A stretch of 64,000 nucleotides of DNA from Candidatus Gastranaerophilales bacterium (GTDB lineage Bacteria; Cyanobacteriota; Vampirovibrionia; Gastranaerophilales; JANQFW01). Every line of letters begins with the position of its first letter. Position 1 is the stretch's first letter. Shown here in pieces: positions 19,698 to 31,399 of the stretch. The stretch lies in contig JANQLL010000205.1 of the NCBI GenBank assembly GCA_028280605.1, positions 12,725 through 76,724 on the forward strand. Reading direction: 5' to 3'. Made by a program: the position numbers and the translations under genes. The notes beneath the pieces were generated by a model. That model saw only the letters and a list, made by a program, of their open reading frames with translations. It was not told the origin of the DNA and searched no databases.

Positions 19698-21083
19698 TTA
19701 ATTATTAATGATCTTTAATAGGTAATTAGAATTTTTTTCAATAACCTTTTGAATAGCATCTTGAGACGGTCCACCAGGCAGATTGCGATTATTCACACAT
19801 TCTTCAAGACTGATAGCCTTATAAACAGACTTATCAAACACATCTGATATGGACTTATACTCCTCCATACTAAGTTCATCAAGTGTTTTATCATGTTTTA
19901 TACAATAAAATACAAGCTTACCTAGGATTTCATGAGCATCTCTAAACGCTACCCCTTTTTTAACAAGGTAATCAGCCGCATCAGTAGCATTAGTAAACCC
20001 GCCCTGCGCAGCCTTGTACATATTGGCTTTTTTAACACTCATGGTCTTAATCATCTGTGTAAATACAGGTAAACACATTTTAACTGTATCAACAGCGTCA
20101 AATACTGCTTCTTTATCTTCTTGCATGTCCTTATTATACGCAAGTGGAAGAGATTTCATAACCGTAAGCATTGTAATCAAATCACCATATACTCGCCCGG
20201 TTTTTCCTCTTACCAGTTCGGCTATATCAGGATTTTTCTTCTGAGGCATAATACTACTACCTGTACTATAAGCATCATCCAGCTCTATAAAGCTAAACTC
20301 AGCCGAACTCCAAAAGATAATTTCCTCGCAAAATCTGCTTAAGTGCATCATCAAGATCGATAAACAACTTAATAACTCAATAATATGATCCCTGTCAGAA
20401 ACAGCATCAATACTATTCTGAGTAATAGAGGGGAAGTCAAGTTCATCAGCAACATATTCTCTATCTAAAGGATAAGTAGTAGTTGCCAACGCTCCTGAGC
20501 CAAGGGGAAGAACATTCATACGGCTATAGCAATCATCAAGCCTGGCACGATCTCGCTTAAGCATTTCAAAATAAGCCAAAACATGATGTGCAAAAGATAT
20601 AGGCTGCGCTCGTTGCAGATGAGTATACCCGGGCAAAATAGTTTCCTTATGTTGCTTGGCAGTATCATTTAATACAACCTGCAATTCCTTTATTAGGTTA
20701 GAGATATTAATAATCTCTTCTCTAAGGTAAATCTTAATATCCAATGCAACTTGATCGTTTCTGCTGCGACCTGTATGCAGTTTTTTACCCACATCACCAA
20801 TTCTGGATATAAGCTCTTTTTCAATGTTCATATGAATATCCTCAGCTTGAACATCGAATTGAACTTTGCCGACCTCAATATCTGTAAGTATTTCTTTTAA
20901 AGTCTTTTTTATACTTTCAGCATCTTGTTTTGGTATTATACCCTGCTTACCAAGCATTCCTACGTGAGCAATACTACCGAGAATGTCTTGCTTATACATT
21001 CTTTGGTCAACATCAATAGATGAATTAAAATCATCAACCATTGAAGCAGTAGATTTACTAAAGCGACCTCCCCAGAGTTTCAT
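19698..21083 (-). CDS. argH: Argininosuccinate lyase
   Basis: [10 protein letters not shown] start, plus GRSRNDQVA and [12 protein letters not shown] signatures. Confidence 0.95.
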   Translation of the reverse strand: MKLWGGRFSKSTASMVDDFNSSIDVDQRMYKQDILGSIAHVGMLGKQGIIPKQDAESIKKTLKEILTDIEVGKVQFDVQAEDIHMNIEKELISRIGDVGKKLHTGRSRNDQVALDIKIYLREEIINISNLIKELQVVLNDTAKQHKETILPGYTHLQRAQPISFAHHVLAYFEMLKRDRARLDDCYSRMNVLPLGSGALATTTYPLDREYVADELDFPSITQNSIDAVSDRDHIIELLSCLSILMMHLSRFCEEIIFWSSAEFSFIELDDAYSTGSSIMPQKKNPDIAELVRGKTGRVYGDLITMLTVMKSLPLAYNKDMQEDKEAVFDAVDTVKMCLPVFTQMIKTMSVKKANMYKAAQGGFTNATDAADYLVKKGVAFRDAHEILGKLVFYCIKHDKTLDELSMEEYKSISDVFDKSVYKAISLEECVNNRNLPGGPSQDAIQKVIEKNSNYLLKIINN

Positions 21084-21101
21084 AAGCATTCATCCTTTTA
21101 A

Positions 21102-22319
21102 TTACTTAATATTATCTTTGTTAGCTTGCATCATTAATGCATTGACCTTTAACGGCAGACCAAACAGATTTATAAATCCTTCTGCATCTTTATGGTTATA
21201 CAATTCACCGGTAGTAAAACTAGCCAAGCTTTCATTATATAAAGAATACTTAGACGTTGAGCCCGCAGTAATTATATTACCCTTATATAGTTTTAGTTTT
21301 ACAGTACCTGTAACAGTTCTCTGTGTTGCATCAACAAATGCAGATAAAGCTTCTCTTAATGGTGTAAACCACTCACCGCTATATGTTAACTCTGCAAATT
21401 TAATGCCAATCATTTCTTTATAAGCGATTGTCTGCTTATCCAGACACATATGCTCAAGTTCTTCATGTGCTGCATAAAGGATAGTCCCACCCGGCGTTTC
21501 ATACACACCTCTTGACTTCATTCCGACAACTCTGTTCTCTAATAAGTCAATGGTACCAATGCCATTTTTACCACCGATTTCATTTAATTTATAAACTATC
21601 TGAGCAGGGCTTAAAGCTTCGCCATTAACTTTAACAGGAACACCCTTTTCAAATTCAAGCTCTACATAAGTTGGTTCATCCGGTGCATTTTCAGGTGTAA
21701 CAGACATCTGAAGAAGCTTATTATAATTAGGCTCATTAGAAGGATCTTCTAATTCAAGCCCTTCGTGGCTAAGATGCCATAAATTTCTGTCTCTACTGTA
21801 ACTTTCGCCTTTTTTAACAGGTACTTCTATATTTCTTTTGTTACAGAAATCAATAGCGTCTTCTCTAGATTGAATACCCCATATTCTCCAAGGTGCAATA
21901 ATCTTTAAATGCGGCGCAAGTGCTTTGATAGTTAATTCAAAACGCACCTGATCGTTACCTTTTCCGGTAGCACCGTGACAAATTGCTTCTGCACCTTCTT
22001 TTAAAGCAACATCAACTAATTTCTTAGCGATTAAAGGTCGAGCAATAGACGTACCAAGCAAATATTTACCTTCATATACAGCACCAGCTTTTAACATTGA
22101 CCATACGTAGTCAGAAGTAAACTCTTCATCCACTTCTTCAAGGTAGTATTTACAAGCACCAGTTGAAAGAGCTTTTTGCTCCAAACCTTCAGTCTCTTTA
22201 CCCTGACCAACGTCAACACATACAGCGATTACCTCATAATCATAGTTTTCTTTTAACCAGGGTATAATAACTGTAGTGTCTAATCCGCCGGAATAAGCTA
22301 ATACCACTTTTTTCTTCAT
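21102..22319 (-). CDS. argG: Argininosuccinate synthase
   Basis: [10 protein letters not shown] and [13 protein letters not shown] motifs. Confidence 0.95.
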   Translation of the reverse strand: MKKKVVLAYSGGLDTTVIIPWLKENYDYEVIAVCVDVGQGKETEGLEQKALSTGACKYYLEEVDEEFTSDYVWSMLKAGAVYEGKYLLGTSIARPLIAKKLVDVALKEGAEAICHGATGKGNDQVRFELTIKALAPHLKIIAPWRIWGIQSREDAIDFCNKRNIEVPVKKGESYSRDRNLWHLSHEGLELEDPSNEPNYNKLLQMSVTPENAPDEPTYVELEFEKGVPVKVNGEALSPAQIVYKLNEIGGKNGIGTIDLLENRVVGMKSRGVYETPGGTILYAAHEELEHMCLDKQTIAYKEMIGIKFAELTYSGEWFTPLREALSAFVDATQRTVTGTVKLKLYKGNIITAGSTSKYSLYNESLASFTTGELYNHKDAEGFINLFGLPLKVNALMMQANKDNIK

Positions 22320-22498
22320 TTATATAATCCTTCCTTCTAGAGATTTCTTGCCATTTATATATTACAGAATACTAGCAATATAGTTTAATTATCAATAGTT
22401 TAATTTAATTTTTTCGTAAAATACACGATTTAGTTTAGATATTCACTTTATTATAAAGACTTATACCTTTATTTAAAGTTTATTAACATATTTTTATT

Positions 22499-25400
22499 TT
22501 ATTTTTTTATTTTTAATAAACTTTTATTAATATAAAAATCAATAGTTTCGTAGGTTAAATCCGAATTATCCTTTAAAGACTTAAGCGCTACAAGATAAGC
22601 ATTAATAGTATCCAATGATGTAAAGCCGGGTATCTTGTATTGCTCAGCAATTGCCCTAATTTTAAAGCCGCTGCGCTTTGGATTCTTACCTAAAGTCGGT
22701 ATATTAAGACTCATAGTAATCTCACCTGCCTTGATCTTTTGCTCTATCAACTGTGAGTCATGACGATCAATAAGCTCAACATCAAGCCCTTTTTGCTGAT
22801 AGAATTCACCAGTATGCTTTGTAGCTATTACTTTAAATCCAAGATCAATAAACTCTTTTATTGTATTTAAAGATTCTTCCCTAGCCTCAGGTTTTAAAGA
22901 TACAAGCAAGCAGCCACTTTGAGGAAATGCAAATCCTGCTCCCTTAAATGCTTTAATTAAAGCCCTATCATAAGTATTGTCAACACCAAGCACTTCACCG
23001 GTAGACTTCATTTCAGGCGTTAAAGCAACATCAACATCATTAAGTTTTTGAAATGAAAATACAGGAGCTTTAACAGCTACTAAATTACTTGAAGGCTTTA
23101 ATCCGGTACCATAGCCTAAATCTTCTAGATTTTCACCTAAAATAGCTTTAATAGCAAGATCAACCATAGGCACTTTGGTAACTTTACTAAGTATTGGCAC
23201 AGTACGAGAGGCTCTAGGATTAACCTCTATTACATAAACCTCTTCATCCTTTACAACAAACTGAATATTCATGAGGCCGATAACCTGTAAAGCCTTTGCC
23301 AGCTTAGCAGTATAGTCAACTAAGGTATCTAAAACCTTTTGAGATATTGTTTGAGTCGGATATGCACAGAAGCTATCACCAGAGTGAACACCAGTTCTTT
23401 CAATATGCTCCATAATTCCAGGTATTAAAATATCATTCCTGTCAGAAATTGCATCTACTTCAACTTCTTTACCTTCAATATACTGGTCAATAAGAATAGG
23501 ATGACCAGATGAAAGCGAAGCTGCTTCTTTTAGATAAGATTTTAATCCATTTTCATCATAAACAACCTGCATTGCTCTACCACCTATAACATAAGAAGGC
23601 CTTACCAGTACAGGGAATCCAATATTTCTGGCAGTAGCTATAGCATCTCTTAAATTATTTACAGCTGCACCTTTTGGTTGCTTAATATTTAATTCTCTTA
23701 ATAATCTTTCAAATCTTTTTCTATCTTCCGCAACATCAATAGATTCAACAGATGTACCAAGTATCTGAACACCTCTTTTTAAAAGCTTTGGCGCAAGATT
23801 AATCGCTGTTTGCCCACCAAATTGAACAATTACCCCTTGCGGCGTTTCTTTTCTTATTACATTATAAACATCTTCTATATACAAAGGCTCAAAGTATAAC
23901 TTATCTGCCGTATCAAAATCAGTACTAACAGTTTCAGGATTATTATTTATGATAATTGATTCATATCCAGCATTTTGAATACCCCAGGCTGCATGAACAG
24001 AACAATAGTCAAACTCAATCCCTTGCCCGATTCTTATTGGACCAGAGCCGATTACTATTATCTTTTTATTTTTAGTTATTTCATTTTCATCTTCTGTCTC
24101 AAAAGTTGAATAATAATAAGGAGTTGCAGACTCAAATTCAGCAGCACAGGTATCTACCATTTTATAAACAGGGTACAAATTATGCGCTCTTCTAAGGGTG
24201 TCAAGGGTTTCCATTGACTCACCCGACAAATCAACAATCTCAGGATCAGTAAAACCACTCGACTCTGCCTTATGAAGAAGCTCAACAGTTAATTCTTCTG
24301 CCTCTAAACGATTTTCTATATTTACTATATTACCGATTTTATTGATAAACCAAGGGTCTATTTTAGTAATATCAAATATTTCTTCGGTAGAAATCCCTTT
24401 TCTTAAAGCTTCGGCCACTACAAAAACTCTTTTGTCATCACAGATATGAAGCTTATCAAGAACTTCATCCTGAGAAAGCATTTCCAACTTAGGACTTCTT
24501 AACCCATTTCCTTTCCCTTCAAGAGATATTACAGCTTTTAAGAATGAACTTTCAAAAGTTCTATCAATTGCCATTACCTCGCCTGTAGCTTTCATCTGGG
24601 TTCCTAGTTTTCTATTAGCATAAGAAAACTTATCAAAAGGCCATTTAGGAATTTTTGTTACTACATAATCAAGCGCAGGCTCAAATGATGCCATTGTTTT
24701 TTTTGTTACATAGTTTGGAATTTCGTGTAAATTCATACCAATAGCTATTTTAGCAGCAATTTTAGCAATAGGATAACCAGCTGCCTTTGATGCTAACGCC
24801 GAAGACCTACTAACCCTAGGGTTAACTTCAATCACCAAATACTCCATACTTTCAGGATTAAGTGCATATTGAACATTACACCCGCCTTCGATCTCTAATG
24901 CTCTTATTATCTTAATAGCAGAAGTTCTTAACATATGGTATTCTTCATCTCTCAATGTTTGAGAAGGAGCAACAACTATACTATCTCCGGTATGAACCCC
25001 AACAGGATCAAGATTTTCCATATTACAAACAACTATACAGGTATCATTAGAGTCTCTCATTACCTCATATTCAATCTCTTTCCAGCCAGCAACGCTTTGT
25101 TCCAACAATACTTGATTAATTCGACTATGCAATAAACCTTTATGTAGTATGTCTTTTAATTCTTCATCATTATGAGCAATACCACCGCCTGTACCACCAA
25201 GAGTATAAGCTGGCCTAATAATCACAGGAAAACCTATTTCTTTAACAAAAGCCTCTCCCTCTTCTAGATTACAAACGATTTGACTTTTAGGCACAGGCTC
25301 TTTTATTTCCTTCATTAAGTCCTTAAAGCTCTCTCTATCCTCAGCTTTTTTGATAGTGTCAAGTGATGTACCTAGTAGCTTTACGTTATATTTATCTAAA

Positions 25401-25720
25401 ACTCCTGCTTCTTGAAGCTCAACAGCAATATTAAGACCGGTTTGCCCACCTAGCGTAGGTAATAATCCATCAGGACGTTCTTTATCTATAATATAAGACA
25501 AAGCCTCAATATTTAAGGGCTGTATATATACCCTATCAGCCATATTATCATCCGTCATAATAGTTGCAGGGTTACTATTTACTAGCACTACTTCTATATT
25601 TTCTTCTTTTAGTGATTTACACGCCTGAGTACCGGCATAATCAAACTCTGCAGCCTGCCCAATTATAATAGGTCCCGAGCCAACAACCAAAACCTTTTTA
25701 ACTTCTTTATTTACCGGCAT
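22499..25720 (-). CDS. carB: Carbamoyl-phosphate synthase large subunit
   Basis: 1073 aa with duplicated ATP-grasp halves and an MGS-like C-terminus. Confidence 0.95.
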   Translation of the reverse strand: MPVNKEVKKVLVVGSGPIIIGQAAEFDYAGTQACKSLKEENIEVVLVNSNPATIMTDDNMADRVYIQPLNIEALSYIIDKERPDGLLPTLGGQTGLNIAVELQEAGVLDKYNVKLLGTSLDTIKKAEDRESFKDLMKEIKEPVPKSQIVCNLEEGEAFVKEIGFPVIIRPAYTLGGTGGGIAHNDEELKDILHKGLLHSRINQVLLEQSVAGWKEIEYEVMRDSNDTCIVVCNMENLDPVGVHTGDSIVVAPSQTLRDEEYHMLRTSAIKIIRALEIEGGCNVQYALNPESMEYLVIEVNPRVSRSSALASKAAGYPIAKIAAKIAIGMNLHEIPNYVTKKTMASFEPALDYVVTKIPKWPFDKFSYANRKLGTQMKATGEVMAIDRTFESSFLKAVISLEGKGNGLRSPKLEMLSQDEVLDKLHICDDKRVFVVAEALRKGISTEEIFDITKIDPWFINKIGNIVNIENRLEAEELTVELLHKAESSGFTDPEIVDLSGESMETLDTLRRAHNLYPVYKMVDTCAAEFESATPYYYSTFETEDENEITKNKKIIVIGSGPIRIGQGIEFDYCSVHAAWGIQNAGYESIIINNNPETVSTDFDTADKLYFEPLYIEDVYNVIRKETPQGVIVQFGGQTAINLAPKLLKRGVQILGTSVESIDVAEDRKRFERLLRELNIKQPKGAAVNNLRDAIATARNIGFPVLVRPSYVIGGRAMQVVYDENGLKSYLKEAASLSSGHPILIDQYIEGKEVEVDAISDRNDILIPGIMEHIERTGVHSGDSFCAYPTQTISQKVLDTLVDYTAKLAKALQVIGLMNIQFVVKDEEVYVIEVNPRASRTVPILSKVTKVPMVDLAIKAILGENLEDLGYGTGLKPSSNLVAVKAPVFSFQKLNDVDVALTPEMKSTGEVLGVDNTYDRALIKAFKGAGFAFPQSGCLLVSLKPEAREESLNTIKEFIDLGFKVIATKHTGEFYQQKGLDVELIDRHDSQLIEQKIKAGEITMSLNIPTLGKNPKRSGFKIRAIAEQYKIPGFTSLDTINAYLVALKSLKDNSDLTYETIDFYINKSLLKIKK

Positions 25721-25721
25721 T

Positions 25722-26786
25722 TTACTTTCCCCCTCCTATTGACTCTACCCACTCTTTAAATAAATAACTTGCATCTTCAGGTCCTGGCCCAGCTTCTGGA
25801 TGAAATTGTACAGAATGAATATTTAAATCAGGACAACTATAACCCTCTATAGTATTGTCATTTACATTAACATGTGTAACTTGAATGTTATCAGGCAAAC
25901 CTTTATCAGATACCGCATAACCATGATTTTGTGATGTCATAGTTACTCTATTATTTCTTTTATCAATAACAGGGTGGTTACTACCCCTATGACCGAATTT
26001 AAGTTTATAAGTATCTGCACCAAGTGCAAGAGAAACTATCTGATGGCCTAAACAAATACAAAATATTGGCAATTTCCCGATTAAATTACCGGCAGTGGCA
26101 ACAGCTTCTTGCACATCCTTAGGATCTCCCGGACCGTTAGAGAATAAAATTGCATCCAGTTTATCATTTAATATTGCTTTAGCAGATGTATTCCACGGAT
26201 ATATATGGATTTCGCAGCCCAATTGTTTTAAATATTTAATAATATACGACTTTACACCAAAATCTAAAATACCCACCTTTTTACCGGGCGCAGGGATGAT
26301 TTCCTTTTGCTTACGCGAAACATTGGCCACAACATCAACAGGAAATTTGTATTTATCAAGCTTATCCATTAGCTCATCAGTTATTTCTTCTGTTGTAACA
26401 ATACAATTCATAGTACCTTGCTTGCGGATCTTCTTTGTTAACATTCTAGTGTCAACATCTGCAATGGCAAAAATATCATTATCTTTTAAGTAATCAGAAA
26501 GATTTCCGGTACTTTTCCAATTACTTTCCATTTCACAGTATTCTTTTACTACAAATCCGTTTACTTTTATTGATTCAGATTGTACATCATCTAGATTCAC
26601 GCCGTAATTACCAATTAACGGATAAGTCATTACAACAACCTGTCCAGCATAGGATGGATCCGTAAGAACTTCTTGATACCCAGTCATGCCAGTATTAAAT
26701 ACAATTTCGCCCATCACTGTCTTTTGCGCACCAAATGACGTGCCTTCTATTGTTGTTCCATCTTCCAATAATATATACGCTTTCAT
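25722..26786 (-). CDS. carA: Carbamoyl-phosphate synthase small (glutaminase) subunit
   Basis: GICLGHQ-type catalytic Cys (FCICLGHQ) and SQNHGY motifs. Its stop abuts the carB start. Confidence 0.95.
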   Translation of the reverse strand: MKAYILLEDGTTIEGTSFGAQKTVMGEIVFNTGMTGYQEVLTDPSYAGQVVVMTYPLIGNYGVNLDDVQSESIKVNGFVVKEYCEMESNWKSTGNLSDYLKDNDIFAIADVDTRMLTKKIRKQGTMNCIVTTEEITDELMDKLDKYKFPVDVVANVSRKQKEIIPAPGKKVGILDFGVKSYIIKYLKQLGCEIHIYPWNTSAKAILNDKLDAILFSNGPGDPKDVQEAVATAGNLIGKLPIFCICLGHQIVSLALGADTYKLKFGHRGSNHPVIDKRNNRVTMTSQNHGYAVSDKGLPDNIQVTHVNVNDNTIEGYSCPDLNIHSVQFHPEAGPGPEDASYLFKEWVESIGGGK

Positions 26787-26796
26787 GCCATATCTC

Positions 26797-27978
26797 CTAT
26801 AAAGTTTCTTTTAATATCGCAATTGCCTTATCAACTTCTTCTTTATTAATTATTAAAGGCGGTACAAACCTTATAACATTTGACCCAGCCCCTACTAATA
26901 AAAGACCATTATTTAAACATTCCAAAACAACATCAGCAGCTGGCTTATCAATCTCTATACCCTGCATAAGCCCAACACCTCTAATATCTTTTATACATTT
27001 TTTTTCTTTTTTTAGGTTTTGCAAGCATTCGCTTAAGTATTCACCTATTTCCCAGGTACTTTTTAATATATTTTTATTTAAAAGAAAATCTAATACCGTA
27101 AGCCCCGCCGAACAAGCTAAAGCATTACCGCCAAATGTACTTGCATGATCTCCTGGCTGAAAAGCCTGAGCCACATTTTCTATCGCAAGAATTGCGCCAA
27201 TTGGACAACCTCCACCTAAGCCCTTTGCTAAAGCAATAACATCAGGCGCAACATCATAATATTCATAAGCAAACAAATATCCTGTTCTGCCCATTCCGCA
27301 TTGTATCTCGTCATAAGCAAGAACTATATTGTTTTCATCACAAATTTTTCTTACTTCTTGTAAATATTCTTTTGATACAGGTCTTATACCACCTTCACCC
27401 TGTATTGGCTCTAAAATTATCACACATGTATTACCAGTTACTTGCTCTTTTAAAGATTCTATATCATTAAATTCAGCATATTTTATGCCAGGTAGAAGCG
27501 GTGTTAAACCTTCTTGGTATTTATCTTGTCCTGTTGCTGTGATAGCCCCATAGGTTCTACCGTGGAAAGATTGCTTGATAGTAATAATTTCAAAACAGTC
27601 ATCCCCTTTATATTTTTTACCGTATTTTCTACATAATTTTAAAATCCCCTCAATTGCTTCCGCTCCGCTGTTACAGAAAAATACCTTGTCAAAAATACTA
27701 TTTTCAACAAGGCACTTAGCTAATTCTATTTGAGGTTTATTCCAATATAAGTTTGAAATATGGATTAATTTCCCGATTTGGTCCGTCAGGCTTGAAATAA
27801 AATCCTTATTATTATAACCAAGTGTATTAACAGCAATACCAGATACAAAATCAAGGTATTTTTTACCATTTGTATCAGTGACATAGCAGCCATCTGCGCT
27901 TTCTATTGTAATAGGAAAGCGCTTATATGTATTCATTACGTATTTATCACCAAGTTCAAGCCAATTTTGCTCAGACAT
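26797..27978 (-). CDS. argD: Acetylornithine aminotransferase
   Basis: Class III aminotransferase motifs (SGAEA, DEIQCGMGRTG, LAKGLGGG) in arg operon context. Confidence 0.9.
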   Translation of the reverse strand: MSEQNWLELGDKYVMNTYKRFPITIESADGCYVTDTNGKKYLDFVSGIAVNTLGYNNKDFISSLTDQIGKLIHISNLYWNKPQIELAKCLVENSIFDKVFFCNSGAEAIEGILKLCRKYGKKYKGDDCFEIITIKQSFHGRTYGAITATGQDKYQEGLTPLLPGIKYAEFNDIESLKEQVTGNTCVIILEPIQGEGGIRPVSKEYLQEVRKICDENNIVLAYDEIQCGMGRTGYLFAYEYYDVAPDVIALAKGLGGGCPIGAILAIENVAQAFQPGDHASTFGGNALACSAGLTVLDFLLNKNILKSTWEIGEYLSECLQNLKKEKKCIKDIRGVGLMQGIEIDKPAADVVLECLNNGLLLVGAGSNVIRFVPPLIINKEEVDKAIAILKETL

Positions 27979-27987
27979 TTTCTACCT

Positions 27988-28869
27988 CTACTTCTCTATT
28001 TGGGTTCCAATTCCCTTATGAGTAAATATCTCTAATAACAAGCTGTGTTCAACTCTACCATCTAAGATATGAACGGTTTTTACACCAGCTTCAACACCAG
28101 AAACACAACACTCTACCTTAGGTATCATCCCACCTGATATGATTTTTTGCTCAATATAACTCGCCACTTCTTTGATAGTCATCCTTGATATTAAAGACTC
28201 GCTATCATTTACATCTTTTAAAACACCTGGAACATCTGTAAGATATACAAGCTTATTAGCATTTAAAGCACCGGCAATTGCACTTGCAGCATAATCAGCA
28301 TTTATATTATAGCCATTACCGCTACAGTCTTTACCCACAGGTGCTATTACCGGAATAAAATCATTGTCGATTAGTGCCTTTATCAAGTCAGTATTTACTT
28401 TTTCTACTTCACCTATCTGCCCTGCATCTTTACCATTGATATACTTCTTTTTTGCAGTTAAAATATTGCCGTCTTTACCGCTTACGCCTACAGCATTCAC
28501 CCCTAACACCTGCAAATTTGAAACAATATCTTTATTTACCTTGCCAGAAAGAACCATTTCAACAACTTCCATTGTTTTAGCATCAGTAATTCTTAATCCG
28601 TCAACAAATTCGGGTTCCTTACCTATTTCATGCAACATATTATTAATACTAGGACCACCCCCGTGTACAATAACAGGATATATACCAACTCTTTTTAATA
28701 ACACAATATCTTGAAAGACCTTTTGTTTTAATCGCTCATCAAGCATTGCACTGCCACCATACTTAATAACAAAAATATTTCCCGAAAATTCTTTGATATA
28801 AGGTAATGCCTCTATAAGCACATTAGCCTTTTCAATATATTTTTGCATTGTATTATTAATCACTTCCAT
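27988..28869 (-). CDS. argB: Acetylglutamate kinase
   Basis: VIKYGGSAM, VHGGGP and NINAD motifs. Confidence 0.95.
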   Translation of the reverse strand: MEVINNTMQKYIEKANVLIEALPYIKEFSGNIFVIKYGGSAMLDERLKQKVFQDIVLLKRVGIYPVIVHGGGPSINNMLHEIGKEPEFVDGLRITDAKTMEVVEMVLSGKVNKDIVSNLQVLGVNAVGVSGKDGNILTAKKKYINGKDAGQIGEVEKVNTDLIKALIDNDFIPVIAPVGKDCSGNGYNINADYAASAIAGALNANKLVYLTDVPGVLKDVNDSESLISRMTIKEVASYIEQKIISGGMIPKVECCVSGVEAGVKTVHILDGRVEHSLLLEIFTHKGIGTQIEK

Positions 28870-28881
28870 TATTTTGCTCCC

Positions 28882-30102
28882 TTATGACCTATATTCGCCA
28901 TTTATTTTTACGTATTCATAACTTAAATCACAACCCCAAGCTTTGGTCTCAGCTGTACCTTGATTTAAATCGATTTGTGCTTTTATTTCTTTTTCTTCTA
29001 ATATTTCTAAAGCTCTATCTTCATTAAATTCAATAGGCTTACCATTATCAACAAGTGTTATCTCACCGGCATTACTTTTAAATAAAACATTAATCTTATC
29101 AAAATCAAATTTAACACCAGAGTAGCCCATTGCTGCTACAATCCTGCCCCAGTTTGCATCCTCACCAAAAAACGCAGTTTTCACAAGGCTAGAGTTAATA
29201 ACAGCTTTACACATTTTCTTGGCATCTTCTTTAGAATTTGCTGAACGCACGTGTATTTCAATAAACTTAGTTGCACCCTCGCCATCTTTGATGATTTGCT
29301 TGGCTAGATACCTGTTGATTTTATCAAGTGCCTGCTTGAACATATCATACTCTGTAGAATCAGGCATAATTTCAGGAATATCAGTCTTACCGTTAGCTAA
29401 CAGTACAACCATATCATTTGTACTCGTATCCCCATCAACAGAAATCATATTATAACTGTCATCAACACTTTCTTTAAGCATTTTTTGCAATAAACTAGAG
29501 CCAATATTGGCATCTGTAAATAAAAAAGAAAGCATAGTCGCCATATTAGGATGAATCATTCCAGAACCTTTTGCTTGCCCAACTATTTTAACAGGCTTAT
29601 CAAATAGTTCAAGTTCAATAGTAATCTGTTTAGTAAATGTATCAGTAGTTAAAATACCTTCTGCTGCATCGTTAAAAGCCTCTTCTCTATTATCCAGGGC
29701 TGGTATATTATCTTGAATACCTTTAGAAATCAAGTTAATAGGTAAAACCTGACCAATAATACCCGTTGAGGCAACAAAAACTTCTTCTTTATTTAAATTA
29801 AGACAGCCTGCAAGGTCTTGTGCCATTTGCTGTGCGTGGACTTTACCTATCTCTCCGGTGCAAGCATTAGCATTGCCACTGTTAATAACTATTGCACGTA
29901 TTTTATTACCACTATCAAGGATTTTTTTATTCCACAATAAAGGTGCTGCTTTTAATGCATTTCTGGTGAATACTGCCGCTGCATTGCAATCATATTTGCT
30001 ATAATAGATAGTTAAATCTTTTCTTTTTCTCTTTATCCCTATATGGCTACCCACTGCATAAAATCCATTCGGGGCGATGACTTTTCCTTCTGTGACTTTC
30101 AT
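28882..30102 (-). CDS. argJ: Bifunctional ornithine acetyltransferase / N-acetylglutamate synthase
   Basis: 406 aa. The ATMLSFLFTD autoprocessing region and the arg operon context fit ArgJ. Confidence 0.9.
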   Translation of the reverse strand: MKVTEGKVIAPNGFYAVGSHIGIKRKRKDLTIYYSKYDCNAAAVFTRNALKAAPLLWNKKILDSGNKIRAIVINSGNANACTGEIGKVHAQQMAQDLAGCLNLNKEEVFVASTGIIGQVLPINLISKGIQDNIPALDNREEAFNDAAEGILTTDTFTKQITIELELFDKPVKIVGQAKGSGMIHPNMATMLSFLFTDANIGSSLLQKMLKESVDDSYNMISVDGDTSTNDMVVLLANGKTDIPEIMPDSTEYDMFKQALDKINRYLAKQIIKDGEGATKFIEIHVRSANSKEDAKKMCKAVINSSLVKTAFFGEDANWGRIVAAMGYSGVKFDFDKINVLFKSNAGEITLVDNGKPIEFNEDRALEILEEKEIKAQIDLNQGTAETKAWGCDLSYEYVKINGEYRS

Positions 30103-30126
30103 TATTCCCTCCTTGGTAAAACCCGA

Positions 30127-31170
30127 TCAAGCAGGAAATATTGGCACCTGCGATAAGCCCAATTTTTCGTCAAGGGCAAACATAATATTCATATTTTGTA
30201 CAGCTTGACCGGCTGCACCTTTTACCAGGTTATCAATACATCCTATAACAATAATTCTACCGGTTCGCTCATCTATAGTGAAACCAATATCAAAGAAGTT
30301 AGAACCTTTTACCCATCTTGTTTCTGGATATACTCCTTCTTTTGCTATCCTTACAAAGTATTCGTCGGCGTAGTATTTATTATAGACACCTAAGATATCA
30401 TTATAACTAAGGTTCTCGTTTAATGTAGCATAGCTGGTTGCAAGAATACCCCTGTTCATCGGTATTAGATGAGGTGTAAATATTAAACTGATATCTTCGC
30501 CAGCTGCTATAGATAATTCTTGTTCAATTTCTGGGGTGTGCCTATGCGATGCTATTTTATAAGCTTTAAATGACTCATTGCACTCTGTGTAATGGGTACT
30601 AACATTTAATGATCTGCCTGCACCACTTACCCCTGATTTAGCATCTATTATAATACTGTTTTTACACATCAAATCTTCTTTTAATAAAGGATACAAACTT
30701 AAAATACTACAGGTGGTATAGCATCCGGGATTAGCAATAAGCTGTGCATTTTTTATATCTTCTCTTTTAAGCTCACTCAGGCCATATACTGCTTGCTCTA
30801 ATAAATCAGGGCTGCAATGATCGGTTTGATACCATTGTTCATAGGTTTCTTTACAACATAACCTGTAATCTGCGCCCAGGTCTATAACTTTGACCTTATC
30901 TAATATATCTTTACTAAGCTTTTTTGATGCAAGTCCGTGCGGCAGCGCCAAAAATATTATATCAAGCTCTTTTGCCATTTTTTCAAGGTTTTCTTCTTCA
31001 CAAGCAGCATCAAATAGCCCGCTGAAGTTACTGTATATATTACTATAACTTTGTCCTGCATAACTTTTTGATGTAATAGCCTTTATTTCTACCTCAGGAT
31101 GTTGCACTAAAATCCTGGCAAGTTCTTCACCTATGTAACCTGTTACTCCTACTATTCCGGCTTTTATCAT
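30127..31170 (-). CDS. argC: N-acetyl-gamma-glutamyl-phosphate reductase
   Basis: GVTGYIGEEL NAD-binding motif and the active-site region NPGCYTT. GGAGG SD 9 nt upstream. Confidence 0.95.
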   Translation of the reverse strand: MIKAGIVGVTGYIGEELARILVQHPEVEIKAITSKSYAGQSYSNIYSNFSGLFDAACEEENLEKMAKELDIIFLALPHGLASKKLSKDILDKVKVIDLGADYRLCCKETYEQWYQTDHCSPDLLEQAVYGLSELKREDIKNAQLIANPGCYTTCSILSLYPLLKEDLMCKNSIIIDAKSGVSGAGRSLNVSTHYTECNESFKAYKIASHRHTPEIEQELSIAAGEDISLIFTPHLIPMNRGILATSYATLNENLSYNDILGVYNKYYADEYFVRIAKEGVYPETRWVKGSNFFDIGFTIDERTGRIIVIGCIDNLVKGAAGQAVQNMNIMFALDEKLGLSQVPIFPA

Positions 31171-31212
31171 CGCATTTAACCTCCAGCGTACTATTTCTAA
31201 CTCTCTTTATCC

Positions 31213-31252
31213 ATAAAAAAACCTCCTATATCACTACAGGAGGTTTTTTAAG
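31213..31252 (-). terminator. Leader terminator (attenuator hairpin) 45-80 nt upstream of the argC start
   Basis: The minus strand reads AACCUCCUGUA-GUGA-UAUAGGAGGUU followed by UUUUUAU. This is a roughly 11-bp stem (one G.U pair) with a GNRA tetraloop and a U tract. Confidence 0.75.
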
Positions 31253-31293
31253 TCTATTTATCAATTATACCAAAAGAAAACAGCATTAAACTT

Positions 31294-31359
31294 TTAACAA
31301 TCCTCCTGAAGAAGCATTGTACGGCGTCGTGACCTGTTTTCATTTCTGGTTAATTTCAT
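31294..31359 (-). CDS. Candidate arginine leader peptide MKLTRNENRSRRRTMLLQEDC (21 aa)
   Basis: ATG at 31359..31357 and TAA at 31296..31294. Five of 21 codons are Arg, including the consecutive run CGA CGC CGT. Its 3' end (CAGGAGGAUUGUUAA) can pair with the 5' arm of the terminator. Confidence 0.55.
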   Translation of the reverse strand: MKLTRNENRSRRRTMLLQEDC

Positions 31360-31399
31360 TTTAATTTTACCTAAGATTTGCTTTAACTAAATTAAGTAT

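Noticed and set aside
22320-22498. ARG box (ArgR/AhrC operator) or internal promoter in the carB-argG spacer.
   Set aside because: Only isolated half-site-like strings are present (GTGAATATCT on the minus strand). I found no convincing 18-bp palindrome pair.
31264-31272. Extended -10-like TGGTATAAT on the minus strand, inside the arg leader between the antiterminator segment and the terminator.
   Set aside because: It could be an alternative arg promoter, which would undercut the attenuation model. However, it has no -35, sits only about 10 nt before a strong terminator, and TATAAT-like strings are frequent in this AT-rich DNA. I keep it as the main competing hypothesis rather than a called feature.
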